Origin: Alphaproteobacteria bacterium
GTDB lineage: Bacteria > Pseudomonadota > Alphaproteobacteria > Bin95
Direction of reading: 5' to 3'
Length of the DNA: 64,000 nt
Assembly: GCA_963665325.3 (NCBI GenBank)
Contig: OZ224045.1
Location: forward strand, 640,001 to 704,000
The position numbers and the translations under genes are program-made. The notes beneath the pieces are model-generated. The model saw only the letters and a program-made list of their open reading frames with translations, was not told the DNA's origin and did no database searches. Below, piece after piece: positions 1 through 11,052 of the stretch (the stretch's first letter is position 1; each line of letters opens with the position of its first letter).

Positions 1-2
1 GC

Positions 3-1430
3 CACCCGGTGGGGCGCACCGACAAGGCCGGCGTTTCGGACGTGCTGCTGGAGTCGGCCGTCACCACCATCGTGGACTGCGAGGATTCGATCGCCGCTGT
101 CGATGCCGAGGACAAGGTTCTCGCCTACCGGAACTGGCTCGGCCTTATCAAGGGCGACCTTGCCGCCAGCTTCGACAAGGAAGGCGGAGCGGTCGAGCGC
201 CGTCTCAACCCGGACCGCCGCTATACCGGTCCCGACGGAGGCGAGGTCGTGCTGTCCGGACGGTCGCTCATGCTCTGCCGCAATGTCGGCCACCTTATGA
301 CCAACCCGGCGGTGCTGGACGGCGAGGGCCGGGAAGCGCCGGAGGGCATTCTCGACGCCGTCTTCACCTGCCTGATCGGCCTGCACGATCTCAAGGGCAA
401 CGGTGCGCTCGGCAACAGCCGGGCCGGTTCGATCTACATCGTCAAGCCGAAGATGCACGGGCCGGAGGAAGTCGCGTTCGCGGACACGCTCTTCGCCCGT
501 GTCGAGGACATGCTGGGCCTGGAACGCTACCGCATCAAGATCGGCATCATGGACGAGGAACGGCGGACTACCGTCAACCTCAAGGAGTGCATCCGCGCGG
601 CGCGGCGCAGGGTCGCCTTTATCAATACGGGATTCCTCGACCGGACCGGCGACGAGATCCACACCTCGATGGAAGCGGGCCCGATGATCCGCAAGGCGGA
701 CATGAAGGCCGCGCCCTGGCTGCGAACCTACGAGGACTGGAATGTCGATACCGGTATTGCCTGCGGCCTGCGCGGCCGGGCCCAGATCGGCAAGGGCATG
801 TGGGCGATGCCGGACCTGATGGCGGACATGCTGGAGCAGAAGATCGGCCACCCGATGGCCGGCGCCGACACCGCCTGGGTGCCCTCGCCCACCGCGGCGA
901 CGCTGCATGCAACGCACTACCACCGCGTCCGGGTCGAGGACCGCCAGGAAGCGGTCGCCGGCCGCGCGCGAGCCAGCCTCGGCGATATCCTGTCGATCCC
1001 GGTGGCGCCGCGCCCCAACTGGTCGCCGGAAGACATCCGCGCCGAACTGGAGAACAATGCCCAGGGCATACTCGGCTATGTCGTGCGCTGGGTGGACCAG
1101 GGCATCGGTTGCTCGAAGGTGCCGGACATCGACGATATCGGCCTGATGGAGGACCGCGCCACCTGCCGCATCTCCAGCCAGCACATGGCCAACTGGCTGC
1201 ATCACGGCGTCTGCACCGAGGACGAGGTACAGGCGGTCATGCGCAAGATGGCGGCGGTGGTGGACCGGCAGAACGCCGGCGATCCTGCCTATACGCCGAT
1301 GGCTCCCGCCTTCGACGGCCCCGCCTTCAATGCCGCTTGCGACCTCGTCTTCCAGGGCCGGGAACAGCCTTCGGGCTACACCGAGCCGGTACTCCACCGC
1401 CGTCGCGCCGAAGCCAAGCAGGTCGGCTGA
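3..1430 (+). CDS. glcB: Malate synthase G (5'-truncated by window edge)
   Basis: Motifs [39 protein letters not shown] and [12 protein letters not shown]; the frame is open to the window start. Confidence 0.97.
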   Translation, partial: HPVGRTDKAGVSDVLLESAVTTIVDCEDSIAAVDAEDKVLAYRNWLGLIKGDLAASFDKEGGAVERRLNPDRRYTGPDGGEVVLSGRSLMLCRNVGHLMTNPAVLDGEGREAPEGILDAVFTCLIGLHDLKGNGALGNSRAGSIYIVKPKMHGPEEVAFADTLFARVEDMLGLERYRIKIGIMDEERRTTVNLKECIRAARRRVAFINTGFLDRTGDEIHTSMEAGPMIRKADMKAAPWLRTYEDWNVDTGIACGLRGRAQIGKGMWAMPDLMADMLEQKIGHPMAGADTAWVPSPTAATLHATHYHRVRVEDRQEAVAGRARASLGDILSIPVAPRPNWSPEDIRAELENNAQGILGYVVRWVDQGIGCSKVPDIDDIGLMEDRATCRISSQHMANWLHHGVCTEDEVQAVMRKMAAVVDRQNAGDPAYTPMAPAFDGPAFNAACDLVFQGREQPSGYTEPVLHRRRAEAKQVG

Positions 1431-1486
1431 CGGCGCGGCACAGGCTCGGGATCGGGTTGGGGGCCTGGCGTGTCCGACGCCGGGCC

Positions 1487-2437
1487 TTACATTTCCCGTC
1501 CCAGAGCGAGAAAGCGTTCGCGGCGGGCTCGGCGCAGTGCGCTGCCTTCGATACCGTCGAGATCGCGGAAGGCTTCGTCCAGGGCCTCGCCGAGTGAGGC
1601 AATCGCCGCTTCGGGGTTGCGGTGCGCCCCGCCCAGCGGTTCCTCGACAACGCGGTCTATGACGCCCAGCCCCAGCAAGTCCGTCGCCGTCAGCTTGAGC
1701 GCCTCGGCCGCTTCGGGGCCGTGCTCGCTGCTGCGCCAGAGGATCGAGGCGCAACCCTCGGGAGAAATCACCGAATAGATCGCGTGCTCCATCATCAACA
1801 CGCGGTCGGCGGACGCCAGAGCCACGGCTCCCCCGGAGCCGCCCTCACCAATTACGGATGCGATATAGGGTACGCGCAGTTCCAGGCCGATCTCGATGCA
1901 ACGCGCGATCGCCTCCGCCTGGCCCCGTTCCTCGGCCTCGACGCCGGGATAGGCGCCAGGCGTGTCCACGAAGGTCAACACAGGAATGTCGAACCGGTCG
2001 GCAAGGCGCATCAGGCGTTGCGCCTTGCGGTAGCCTTCGGGATGCGCCATGCCGAAATTATGCCGGCGGCGCGATTCGAGATCGGCGCCCTTTTCCTGCC
2101 CCAGCACCAGGACCGACCGGCCCCGGAATCTTCCGAGGCCGCCGATCACCGCCGCGTCGTCGCGAAACGCCCGGTCGCCCGAGAGCGGAAGGAATTCGTC
2201 GATCAGCTCTTTAACGAAATGCGTCAGGCGCGGTCGCCCCGGATGGCGGGCCACCTGGACGCGCTGCCAGGGCGACAGCTTCGAGTAGGTCTGGACCAGC
2301 AGCTTTTCCGCCTTGGAGCGCAACTCCGCGATTTCCTCGGCGATGTTGAGGTCATCATTGCCGCTCAACTGGTTCAGCTCGTCGATCTTGGCTTCGAGCT
2401 CCAGAACCGGCCGTTCGAACTCCAGGGGCACCAGCAT
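1487..2437 (-). CDS. accA: Acetyl-CoA carboxylase carboxyltransferase subunit alpha
   Basis: LEFERP N-terminus, VARHPGRP, NFGMAHPEGYRKA, DTPGAYPG, GEGGSGGA, YSVISPEGCASILW. Confidence 0.97.
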   Translation of the reverse strand: MLVPLEFERPVLELEAKIDELNQLSGNDDLNIAEEIAELRSKAEKLLVQTYSKLSPWQRVQVARHPGRPRLTHFVKELIDEFLPLSGDRAFRDDAAVIGGLGRFRGRSVLVLGQEKGADLESRRRHNFGMAHPEGYRKAQRLMRLADRFDIPVLTFVDTPGAYPGVEAEERGQAEAIARCIEIGLELRVPYIASVIGEGGSGGAVALASADRVLMMEHAIYSVISPEGCASILWRSSEHGPEAAEALKLTATDLLGLGVIDRVVEEPLGGAHRNPEAAIASLGEALDEAFRDLDGIEGSALRRARRERFLALGREM

Positions 2438-3339
2438 CAGGAATCGCTCCTCGACGCGAGCGGATGATGATCGAAGACGGCGCGCCGCAACTGCTCCTCC
2501 ACGACGTGGGTATAGATCTGTGTCGTCGCAATATCGGCGTGGCCGAGCAATTGCTGAAGACTCCGCAAATCGGCCCCGCCTTCGAGCAGATGCGAGGCGA
2601 AAGCGTGGCGCATGACATGCGGCGACACCCGGGCGGGGTCCAGTCCCGCGCGAACCGCCAGTTCGTCGAGCAGCTGGCCGACCCGGCGCCGCGTCAGGTG
2701 GCCCTCCTTGCTGCGGGACGGGAACAGCCAGCGCGAGCGACGCCCGCCGACAAGATAATGATTACGCGCAGCGGTCCAAGCGTCGATGGAGGCGCGCGCA
2801 TGGTCGCCGAGCGGGACGACTCGCTCGCGACCGCCCTTGCCCCGTACCGTCAACCAGCCGCGTCCGGGCGGCACGTCGGACATGACGAGGCCGACAAGCT
2901 CCGAGACGCGCAGCCCAGCCCCGTAGAGCAGTTCCACGATGCAGCCGAGCCTGAGGCGCGCCGGCCCGTCATAGCTTTCGATGGCCTCGATGATTGCGCC
3001 CAATTCCTCGATGCCGAGATGGCGCGGCAAGGGCCGGCCGATCTTGGGCGCATCTAGCCGGTCTGCGGGATTGTCGCCGCGATAGCCCTCCGCCGTGCAG
3101 AACAGGAAAAACTGGCGCAGCGCCGAACGACGCCGCGACACGGTCCGGGGCGACCGGCCGGCCCTGAGCAGGCCGGCCAGGTAGCTTCTAAGGTCCGCTT
3201 CCCCGGCTGTCTCCAGGCCGCCGCCGAGTGTGGCCTGTGCGTCTTCGAGGTCGCGGCGATAGGCAGAGACCGTGTTGGCGGCAGCCCCGCGCTCTACCAC
3301 AAGCGCCTCCAGAAAGGCGTCGAGCGCGCATACGGTCAC
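2437..3339 (-). CDS. xerD: Site-specific tyrosine recombinase XerD
   Basis: AYRRDL, LYGAGLRVSEL, GKGGRERVVP, SPHVMRHAFASHLL, LLGHADIATTQIYTHV; position upstream of accA is typical of Alphaproteobacteria. Confidence 0.93.
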   Translation of the reverse strand: MTVCALDAFLEALVVERGAAANTVSAYRRDLEDAQATLGGGLETAGEADLRSYLAGLLRAGRSPRTVSRRRSALRQFFLFCTAEGYRGDNPADRLDAPKIGRPLPRHLGIEELGAIIEAIESYDGPARLRLGCIVELLYGAGLRVSELVGLVMSDVPPGRGWLTVRGKGGRERVVPLGDHARASIDAWTAARNHYLVGGRRSRWLFPSRSKEGHLTRRRVGQLLDELAVRAGLDPARVSPHVMRHAFASHLLEGGADLRSLQQLLGHADIATTQIYTHVVEEQLRRAVFDHHPLASRSDS

Positions 3340-5033
3340 TGTGCCGCCTCGACGAGGCTTTCGAACGCGTAGGCCCGCGCCTCTGCCGCCAGTCCGACGG
3401 CCGCCAGGGCCCGCACAATGGCAGTCGCGGTCGGCAGATCGGCCCGAGGCCGGCCGCCGGAAGCTATGACGGCATAAAGCACAGCTTCGCCGATCCGGCC
3501 GCCTCTGCCGGCGGCGTCAAGCCCGCGCCATACCACCGGTGCGGGAAATTCGCCCTCTACGCCTTCGAGATCGGTCAACAGGGCGTTCCAGTCGTCCGGC
3601 CGCACGGGCTCGCCCACCGCCTCCATCAGCGCAAACACCGTGACGGCGCGGGGATAGGGAGGCTCGCCACCGCCCGCCTCCAACCAGCGTCTGAGACCGT
3701 CCTCCGCCCACGATACGGTATCGCCGGCGTCGGCGAGTTTCATCAGCGGCCAGGCGAGAACCGCGGGCTTGCTGTCCGCTTCGAGGGTCTCTCCCCGTTT
3801 CACCGCGGCGACATACCAGCGCTCCGCAATATCGAGGCGTCCCGCCGCAAGCGCGGCAAGGACGGTCGTCACCGTATGCGGCGCCAGTTCGGATGACGGA
3901 ATCACCGGCCCGACATAGTCGACGGTCGCGGCCGCCACGGGCGCCAACAGCCCCGCCGAGAGCGCATCCTCCCAGAGCAGCACCAGCGCTTCCATCTTCT
4001 TCTGCGTGTCCGTCGCCTCGACCGCATCGCGCGCGAGCAAAGCACGGGGATGTCCGGCGTCGGCGGCCCGGAGATACCGGGCAAGCAGAGCTTTCGGTGC
4101 GATCAGGCCGTTCCGGGCGGCTTCCTCCGCATCTGCTTCCGTGCGGACGAGGCTCGCACGCGCACGCACAGCCACAGGGTCGTTGCGGAGGCTCCATACC
4201 TCCGGCGGCGCTTCATCGAGCCAGGCCAACATCGCCACATTAAGCGGAGTGATCGGGCCGTCGTCGGGCAGCGCGGGCGCACTGTCGCCTGTTGCACCCA
4301 TCGCACGCAGCATCAAGCCCTCGAACAGCGGGTCGCCGTCCGCATCCACTTCGCGGAGAATGTCCAGAATGAGCCGCGCCCGGTCCAGATTACCCGCCCT
4401 AGCGGCGCAAAATGCGGCCGCGCGCTGAACATAGGTTGCGGGCGCGCGCGCCATTTCCGCGTCCGCCGCAGTGCAGGCGGCATCCAGGTCGCCCGACGCC
4501 AGTGCCGGATCGACCGGCTCGGATCGGGCCATGGCAGGAGGCGCCTCAAGGCCGGCCGCTCCGGCCAGCAGCGACGCCTCCCGGTCGCGGCCCAGATTCC
4601 GTAATTGACGCACCCGCAATGGCGCGAGGCGCGGCCCCTCGCCCTCCGGCGGCGCCGCACCGGCTGCCAGAACCCGGAACAGAACGCCCCGCAGCACCGG
4701 CGACGCAACGGTTTGCGGCAACCCTTCGAGCAGGCGGGCGACCGCCTCTTTCGAACTCCCGCGCCATAGCGGCAGGCCGAATCCGCCCTCAAAGCCCGGC
4801 AGGCCGGCCGAGTCGGGGTCGCTCGGCTCGGCCGGCGCGCTCAGGACCGTTTGCGGCGCCAGCGTTTCCGGTTGCTGCGGCTGGCGCTCCGGCTCCGGAC
4901 TCGTCTCCGCCGCGGACGGGGGAGCAGCCGGGATGAGCCGGATCGGCGCGCGCTTCTCGGCGGCCCCGGCCGCTGCGGCCACAAAAACGGCAGCGAGCCC
5001 GCAAATCAGGGCCCTAGCGAGGGAAACGGTCAT
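3336..5033 (-). CDS. Conserved alphaproteobacterial exported helical protein of unknown function
   Basis: Signal-peptide-like N-terminus (MTVSLARALICGLAAVFVAAAAGA), Pro-rich linker, GFGLPLWRGS motif; stop overlaps the xerD start. Confidence 0.75.
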   Translation of the reverse strand: MTVSLARALICGLAAVFVAAAAGAAEKRAPIRLIPAAPPSAAETSPEPERQPQQPETLAPQTVLSAPAEPSDPDSAGLPGFEGGFGLPLWRGSSKEAVARLLEGLPQTVASPVLRGVLFRVLAAGAAPPEGEGPRLAPLRVRQLRNLGRDREASLLAGAAGLEAPPAMARSEPVDPALASGDLDAACTAADAEMARAPATYVQRAAAFCAARAGNLDRARLILDILREVDADGDPLFEGLMLRAMGATGDSAPALPDDGPITPLNVAMLAWLDEAPPEVWSLRNDPVAVRARASLVRTEADAEEAARNGLIAPKALLARYLRAADAGHPRALLARDAVEATDTQKKMEALVLLWEDALSAGLLAPVAAATVDYVGPVIPSSELAPHTVTTVLAALAAGRLDIAERWYVAAVKRGETLEADSKPAVLAWPLMKLADAGDTVSWAEDGLRRWLEAGGGEPPYPRAVTVFALMEAVGEPVRPDDWNALLTDLEGVEGEFPAPVVWRGLDAAGRGGRIGEAVLYAVIASGGRPRADLPTATAIVRALAAVGLAAEARAYAFESLVEAAQ

Positions 5034-5163
5034 CCGGCAACACTTTCTCCACCGCCGCTTCAGGCGGAGGCGATTCGACGAAACCGAAATACAGCAACCC
5101 GGCCACCACCGCCGCGCCAAGAAGCCCGACCAACACGTTCAGGACCAGTCTGCGAGCGTCCAT
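5014..5163 (-). CDS. Small single-pass membrane protein (49 aa), absent from the ORF track
   Basis: Hand translation MDARRLVLNVLVGLLGAAVVAGLLYFGFVESPPPEAAVEKVLPDDRFPR*; purine-rich GAGGAAGGG upstream of the ATG; overlaps the next gene. Confidence 0.7.
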   Translation of the reverse strand: MDARRLVLNVLVGLLGAAVVAGLLYFGFVESPPPEAAVEKVLPDDRFPR

Positions 5164-5312
5164 AGCCCTTCCTCGATTTCGCCTTCCGGGGTGGCGGTCC
5201 GGCGCTCATTCCCGATAATGCGATTCTAGCGAAAGTCGTTCAAAGGCGCGAATGCGGCAAAATCGAGGCTTTGCTTCCTGCCACGCGCGCCCATATCCCG
5301 GGAATGCCCCGT

Positions 5313-5864
5313 ATGAGCTTCAACAGAACTGTCGCACTGATCGGCATGATGGGCGCCGGCAAGACCAAGGTCGGCCGCTTGCTGGCGCAACGCCAGGGTC
5401 TGAAATTCATCGACGCCGACACCGAAATCCAGGAAGCGGCCGGCTGTTCCATCGAGGACATTTTCGAGACGCAGGGCGAGGCTGCCTTCCGCGAGGGCGA
5501 GCGCAAGGTTATCGCACGGCTGTTAGACGGGCCGGTGCATGTGCTCGCCACCGGCGGCGGCGCCTTCCAGAACCCCTCGACGCGTGCCGTCATCGGCAAG
5601 CGCGCGGTTTCGGTTTGGCTGAAGGCGGATTTCGATGTGCTCTGGGAGCGCGTGTCGCGGCGGGCCAACCGTCCGATGCTCAAGACGCCTGATCCCCGGC
5701 GCACCCTCGCCGACCTGATCGAGAAACGCTATCCGGTCTATGCACTCGCCGACCTGACGGTAGTCAGCGAGGGAGGGCCGGTCGAAGAGACCGTTGCGCG
5801 GGTGGAAGACGCACTGCAGGGCGCGGGCTATCTGGCAGCCGAGCGCGCGAGGGCCGGCCGATGA
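5313..5864 (+). CDS. aroK: Shikimate kinase
   Basis: P-loop [30 protein letters not shown] motif; directly upstream of aroB. Confidence 0.95.
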   Translation: MSFNRTVALIGMMGAGKTKVGRLLAQRQGLKFIDADTEIQEAAGCSIEDIFETQGEAAFREGERKVIARLLDGPVHVLATGGGAFQNPSTRAVIGKRAVSVWLKADFDVLWERVSRRANRPMLKTPDPRRTLADLIEKRYPVYALADLTVVSEGGPVEETVARVEDALQGAGYLAAERARAGR

Positions 5865-6976
5865 ACCCGGCACGGAAGATAGAGGTCGGGCTCGGCGACC
5901 GCAGCTACGACATTTTCGCCGGGCCGGGTTTGATGGAGCGCGCTGGAGACTATCTGCTGCCGGTGCTCAAACGCCGCCATGTGGCGGTTGTCACGGACGA
6001 GAATGTCGCCGCGCACCATCTTGCGCGGCTGACGGCCGGGCTGGACGCTGCGAACATTTCCTTTGCACCCGTCGTGCTGCCGCCCGGCGAGGCAACCAAA
6101 TCCTTCGGCCACCTGGAAGATCTGCTGAACCGCCTGCTGGACGCCGGCCTCGACCGGGGCGGCTGCATCGTCGCGCTCGGCGGCGGCGTGGTGGGTGACC
6201 TTGCGGGCTTCGCGGCTGCCATCCTGCTGCGCGGCATCGACTATGTGCAGATACCGACCACCCTGCTCGCGCAGGTGGACAGCGCCGTCGGCGGCAAGAC
6301 CGCCATAGACACGCCGCAGGGCAAGAATCTGGTCGGCGCCTTCCATCAGCCGCGCCTCGTGCTCGCCGACACGACATCGCTCGCCACCCTGCCCGACCGC
6401 GAACTTCGGGCGGGTTACGCGGAGATCGTGAAATACGGTTTGATCGACCGTCCCGACTTTTTCGGGTGGCTGGAGGACAACGGCGCACGCGTGCTCGCCC
6501 GCGAGGACGACGCGCTCGCCTACGCCATTGCCGTCAGCTGCGAGGCCAAGGCCGATGTCGTGGCGGCAGACGAGCGCGAGGTCGGCCGCCGCGCCCTGCT
6601 CAATCTGGGTCACACCTTCGGGCACGCCTTCGAGGCGGAAGCCGGGTTCGGCGATGCGCTGCTCCACGGCGAGGCCGTGTCGCTCGGCATGGTGCTGGCA
6701 TTCCGTATGTCGGTCCGGCTCGGGCTCTGCCCGGAGGAGGATTTGGCGAGGATGCGGTCGCATCTCGCGGGCGCAGACCTGCCCGTGGACCCGCCCGGCG
6801 CCAACGCCTCCCTGGGCCGCCGCGACGCGCTGATCGAACGGATGCGCCGCGACAAGAAGGCCGAAGCAGGACGTATCGTGCTTGTGCTGGCCCGCGGTAT
6901 CGGCCGCGCCTTCGTCCACCGCGAAGTCGGGGAGGACGTGCTGGCCGCCCTGCTCGACGAGGCGCTTGCGCCATGA
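5861..6976 (+). CDS. aroB: 3-dehydroquinate synthase
   Basis: [49 protein letters not shown]. Confidence 0.97.
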   Translation: MNPARKIEVGLGDRSYDIFAGPGLMERAGDYLLPVLKRRHVAVVTDENVAAHHLARLTAGLDAANISFAPVVLPPGEATKSFGHLEDLLNRLLDAGLDRGGCIVALGGGVVGDLAGFAAAILLRGIDYVQIPTTLLAQVDSAVGGKTAIDTPQGKNLVGAFHQPRLVLADTTSLATLPDRELRAGYAEIVKYGLIDRPDFFGWLEDNGARVLAREDDALAYAIAVSCEAKADVVAADEREVGRRALLNLGHTFGHAFEAEAGFGDALLHGEAVSLGMVLAFRMSVRLGLCPEEDLARMRSHLAGADLPVDPPGANASLGRRDALIERMRRDKKAEAGRIVLVLARGIGRAFVHREVGEDVLAALLDEALAP

Positions 6977-8235
6977 CGGTCGAGTTCTGGATCGTCGTCG
7001 GCGCCATAGTCGCGCTGCTGGTGCTCTCGGCGTTCTTCTCCGGGTCCGAGACGGCCCTCACCGCAGTCAGCAGCGCGCGCATGCACCACCGCGCGCGGCG
7101 CGGCGACGCGCGCGCCGCGGCCGTGCGCCGCCTGCGCGCCGACCGGGAGGGGCTGATCGCGGCAATCCTGCTGGGTAACAACCTTGTAAACATTCTGGCC
7201 GCCTCGCTGGCGACAAGCCTGTTGATCGGCCTGTTCGGAGAGGCCGGCATCGCCTATGCAACCGCCGCGATGACCTTGCTGATCCTGGTCTTCGCGGAGG
7301 TATTGCCCAAGACCTACGCCTTCAACCGCGCCGACCGGGTAGCGCCGGCTGTGGCGCCGGGAATAGCCTTTTTTGTGCGGGTGTTCGGGCCGCCGGCGCG
7401 GGCGGTCCAGTTGGTTGTGCGCGGCATACTTCGCCTTTTCCGCATTGCGGGCGGTCCGGCGGGCGGGTCCGAGGAGCACGAGGAAGAGCTCAGGGGCGCC
7501 ATCGAACTGCACCGCGGCGAGGGCGAGGAGATCCGCGACGAACGGCGGATGCTGCGCAGCGTGCTGGACCTTGGCGATGTGTCGGTCGGCGAGGTGATGA
7601 CCCACCGGCGCAACATGGCGATGGTGGACCTCTCCCTGCCGCCGGAGGATATCGTCGTGCAGGTGCTGGCCAGCCCGTACACCCGCTTGCCGCTCTGGCG
7701 GGACGACTCCGACAACATTGTGGGCGTGCTGCATGCCAAGGCCGTTCTGCGGGCGTTGCACGAAACCGGCGCGGCGAGCCTCGACGCGGCTGCGCTCGCG
7801 GCCAGGCCATGGTTCATCCCCGACCAGACCACCCTGCTCGACCAGCTGCACGCCTTTCGACGGCGGCGGGAGCATTTCGCCCTTGTCGTGGACGAATACG
7901 GCGCGCTGATGGGACTGGTGACGCTTGAAGACATTCTGGAGGAAATCGTCGGCGACATCGCCGACGAGCACGACATTGCCGTGCCGGGTGTGCGCGCCGA
8001 ACCAGACGGCTCCTATGTCTGCAGCGGCGGCGTGACCATCCGGGACCTCAACCGCGAATTCGAATGGTCGCTTCCCGACCAGGACGCCACCACCATCGCA
8101 GGACTGATGCTGCGCGAGTCGCGGCGCATCCCCACACCCGGCCAGGCATTCGATGTCCACGGATTCCGTTTCGAGGTGCTGCGCCGCAACCGCCAGCAGA
8201 TTGCGACCATCCGCATCACACCGCCCCGACGGTGA
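6973..8235 (+). CDS. HlyC/CorC family (CNNM/DUF21 + CBS + CorC_HlyC) transporter
   Basis: [31 protein letters not shown][19 protein letters not shown]; ATGA overlap with aroB. Confidence 0.92.
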   Translation: MTVEFWIVVGAIVALLVLSAFFSGSETALTAVSSARMHHRARRGDARAAAVRRLRADREGLIAAILLGNNLVNILAASLATSLLIGLFGEAGIAYATAAMTLLILVFAEVLPKTYAFNRADRVAPAVAPGIAFFVRVFGPPARAVQLVVRGILRLFRIAGGPAGGSEEHEEELRGAIELHRGEGEEIRDERRMLRSVLDLGDVSVGEVMTHRRNMAMVDLSLPPEDIVVQVLASPYTRLPLWRDDSDNIVGVLHAKAVLRALHETGAASLDAAALAARPWFIPDQTTLLDQLHAFRRRREHFALVVDEYGALMGLVTLEDILEEIVGDIADEHDIAVPGVRAEPDGSYVCSGGVTIRDLNREFEWSLPDQDATTIAGLMLRESRRIPTPGQAFDVHGFRFEVLRRNRQQIATIRITPPRR

Positions 8236-8288
8236 CGACAGGGCCGCGGCGGGGGCTATAATCGGCGCGATTTCGAGGGAGGGCCCCC

Positions 8289-9068
8289 ATGGCCGAGCGC
8301 GAATACTGCACCGTCGAGCGCGACGGGCGCCTGTTGATTGTCACCCTGAACCGTCCGGAGCGCTATAACGCGCTGCATTTCCCGGCGCATTTCGAACTGG
8401 CGGAAGTCTGGGACGAGTTCGCCGCCGACCCCGAACTCTGGGTCGCCATCGTCACCGGGGCGGGCGACAGGGCGTTCTGCGCCGGCAACGACCTGCGCTT
8501 CCAGGCCGAGGGCAATATCCGCAAGCGCTGTCCGACCGGCTTTGCTGGCCTCACCGACCGTTACGACCTCAACAAGCCCGTCATCGCCGCCGTCAACGGC
8601 TTCGCGATGGGTGGCGGTTTCGAGACCGCGCTGGCCTGCGACCTGATTATTGCGGCCGAGAACGCGATTTTCGCCCTGCCGGAGCCTCGCGTCGGCCTCA
8701 TGGCGGGCGCCGGCGGCGTCCACCGCCTACCCCGGTTGATCGGCGAGAAGCGGGCTCTCGGCATGATCCTGACCGGGCGGCGCGTGGGCGCGGCGGAAGG
8801 CAAGGAACTCGGCTTCGTCAACGAGGTCGTGCCCGAAGGCGAGGCCGTGGCGGGCGCCCGGCGCTGGGCCGAGCAGATTCTGGAATGCGCGCCGATCTCG
8901 ATCCGGGCATCGAAGGAAGCGGTCTATGCCGGCATGAACGAGGCGACCCTGCAGACGGCCATTGCCCGCACCTATGAAGAGCAGCATGTACTGATCGGCA
9001 GCGCCGACTATATCGAGGGCCCGAAGGCATTCGCCGAGAAGCGCCCGCCGGTCTGGCAGAACCGGTGA
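8289..9068 (+). CDS. Enoyl-CoA hydratase / crotonase family protein
   Basis: TLNRPERYNAL, AFCAGNDL, KPVIAAVNGFAMGGGFE, FALPE. Confidence 0.92.
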   Translation: MAEREYCTVERDGRLLIVTLNRPERYNALHFPAHFELAEVWDEFAADPELWVAIVTGAGDRAFCAGNDLRFQAEGNIRKRCPTGFAGLTDRYDLNKPVIAAVNGFAMGGGFETALACDLIIAAENAIFALPEPRVGLMAGAGGVHRLPRLIGEKRALGMILTGRRVGAAEGKELGFVNEVVPEGEAVAGARRWAEQILECAPISIRASKEAVYAGMNEATLQTAIARTYEEQHVLIGSADYIEGPKAFAEKRPPVWQNR

Positions 9069-9931
9069 TGGAACCGCAAACCTGGCTCGACGGGGTCTGG
9101 CACGCCGGCAACCCGCCGATCTTCGGGCCGATGACGCATGCGGCGTGGATGGCCTCGGTCGTTTTCGACGGCGCGCGGGCCTTCGAGGGCGTCGTGCCGG
9201 ACCTCGATCGCCACGCGGCCCGCGCCATCGATTCCGCGCACGCGCTCGGCCTCGCTCCGAAGATTGAGGCCGAGGAGATCGCCAGGCTCGCCATCGAGGG
9301 CGTGCGGCGCTTTCCGGAGGGGACGGAGCTCTATATTCGCCCGCTGTTCTGGGCCGATGAAGGCTTCGTGGAGCCGGAAGCCGAGTCCACCCGTTTCATG
9401 CTGACGCTCTTCGAGCTGCCGCTGCCCGCGCCCGACGACAGCGTGACGGCGGCCGTTGCCGAGGAGCGCCGCCCGCGGCCCGCCATGGCGCCGACCGACG
9501 CCAAGGCCTCGTGCCTTTATCCCAATGTACAGCGAATGATACGCAAGGCGCGCCAGCGCGGCTTCTCGACCGCCGTGGTGCTGGACCCGGACGACAAGGT
9601 AGCCGAATTCGCGACCGCCAACCTCTTCATGGTCAGGGACGGCAAGGTCGCTACACCTGCCGACAACGGCACCTTCCTCAACGGCATCACCCGCCAGCGG
9701 CTCATCGGGCTGTTGCGGGAGGACGGACACGATGTCGCCGAGCGGACCATCGATCTGGAGGAGCTGCTGGAAGCCGACGAGGTGTTCGCGACCGGCAATG
9801 CGCCGAAGGTGGTCTCCGCGAGCCGCATCGAGGAACGCGACTTCCAGCCCGGACCGGTTGCGCGCCGGGCCCGCGAACTCTACTGGGCGTTCGCCCATGC
9901 GCACGGGAAGCCGGAGGATTTCGGACTGTGA
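9068..9931 (+). CDS. Class IV (branched-chain amino acid type) aminotransferase
   Basis: VFDGARAF, YIRP, AKASCLYPN, EFATANLF, FLNGITRQR. Confidence 0.9.
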   Translation: MEPQTWLDGVWHAGNPPIFGPMTHAAWMASVVFDGARAFEGVVPDLDRHAARAIDSAHALGLAPKIEAEEIARLAIEGVRRFPEGTELYIRPLFWADEGFVEPEAESTRFMLTLFELPLPAPDDSVTAAVAEERRPRPAMAPTDAKASCLYPNVQRMIRKARQRGFSTAVVLDPDDKVAEFATANLFMVRDGKVATPADNGTFLNGITRQRLIGLLREDGHDVAERTIDLEELLEADEVFATGNAPKVVSASRIEERDFQPGPVARRARELYWAFAHAHGKPEDFGL

Positions 9932-10386
9932 AGGCCATCGATCCCTGGACGCTTCCGGCCAAGACCGGCTCCGCCTATCCACCGCCGTTCGACGAACCCG
10001 TCCGCAACCGGGAAAAGCGCGCGCTCGGAGATCCGTTCAGCCTCCGGAACTTCGGCGCCAATCTCGTGCGCCTTCCTCCGGGAACGGAAAGCTCGCAGCG
10101 CCACTGGCACAGCCGGCAGGACGAGCTTGTCATGGTCCTGGAAGGCGAGCTGGTGCTGCTGACGGATGAGGGTGCGCAGGTGATGACGCCCGGAATGGTC
10201 GCGGGCTTTCCGGCCGGGACGCCCGACGGGCACAAGCTGGTCAACCGCTCCCCGGAAGACGCCGTCTATCTCGAGGTCGGAGACCGGATGCCCGGCGACG
10301 CCACCGCTTATTCCGACATCGATATGCGCTCTCTGGCAACCGAAGGCGCCCGGCAATTCGTCCATAGGGACGGTACCCCTTACTGA
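9928..10386 (+). CDS. Cupin domain protein
   Basis: GTG start overlapping the upstream stop; FGANLVRLPPG-x-SSQRHWHSRQDELVMVLEGE, GFPAG-x-GHKLVNRS. Confidence 0.88.
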   Translation: MKAIDPWTLPAKTGSAYPPPFDEPVRNREKRALGDPFSLRNFGANLVRLPPGTESSQRHWHSRQDELVMVLEGELVLLTDEGAQVMTPGMVAGFPAGTPDGHKLVNRSPEDAVYLEVGDRMPGDATAYSDIDMRSLATEGARQFVHRDGTPY

Positions 10387-10401
10387 GGAGCAACGCGCGT
10401 C

Positions 10402-11028
10402 ATGGCGCTCACGATCTACGGCATCGCATTCAGTCGCGCCTTCCGGTCGCTCTGGGCGGCGAACGAGCTCGGGCTCGACTATACCCATGTGCCGACGCAC
10501 TTCATGAAGGAGTCGAAGCAGGCCGACTATCTCGCCGTCAACCCGAACGGGCGGGTGCCGGCTATGGTGGACGGCGACCTCGTCCTGTTCGAGTCGATGG
10601 CGATCAACCTCTACCTGGCCCGCACCTACGGGGCGCCGCTGCGCATCGACGACGCCAGGGACGAAGCGCGCGCGGTGCAGTGGAGCTTCTGGGGGATCAC
10701 CGAGCTGGAGAGCACGCTGCTGAGAGCGATGTTCACCGCGCTCGGCCTCTTCGGCGAGGAGGCCGATCCCGCCAAGGCCAATGAGACGCTGAACAAGGGC
10801 GCCGGCCGCGCGCTGACCGTCCTCGACCGCCATCTGGACGGCCGTGACTGGCTTGTCGGCGAGGACTTCAGCGTCGCCGACCTGAACGTCGCCGGGGTCC
10901 TGAACCTCGCCCGCACCGCGAAGCTGGACCTTTCGCCGTGGCCGAATGCCGCCGGCTGGCTCGACCGCTGCTACGACCGGCCGGGGGCGAGGAAGACGCT
11001 GGAGATGGCCCGCTCGGCGCGCGGCTGA
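10402..11028 (+). CDS. Glutathione S-transferase family protein
   Basis: SRAFR, NPNGRVP, LFESMAINLYL, FSVADLN; GAGGAG RBS. Confidence 0.92.
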   Translation: MALTIYGIAFSRAFRSLWAANELGLDYTHVPTHFMKESKQADYLAVNPNGRVPAMVDGDLVLFESMAINLYLARTYGAPLRIDDARDEARAVQWSFWGITELESTLLRAMFTALGLFGEEADPAKANETLNKGAGRALTVLDRHLDGRDWLVGEDFSVADLNVAGVLNLARTAKLDLSPWPNAAGWLDRCYDRPGARKTLEMARSARG

Positions 11029-11052
11029 ACCCTCCGGCGGCGGGAGGCGGCG

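Noticed and set aside
2437-3339. Tyrosine recombinase as a prophage or island integrase
   Set aside because: Sequence and context (upstream of accA, near aroKB) fit housekeeping XerD
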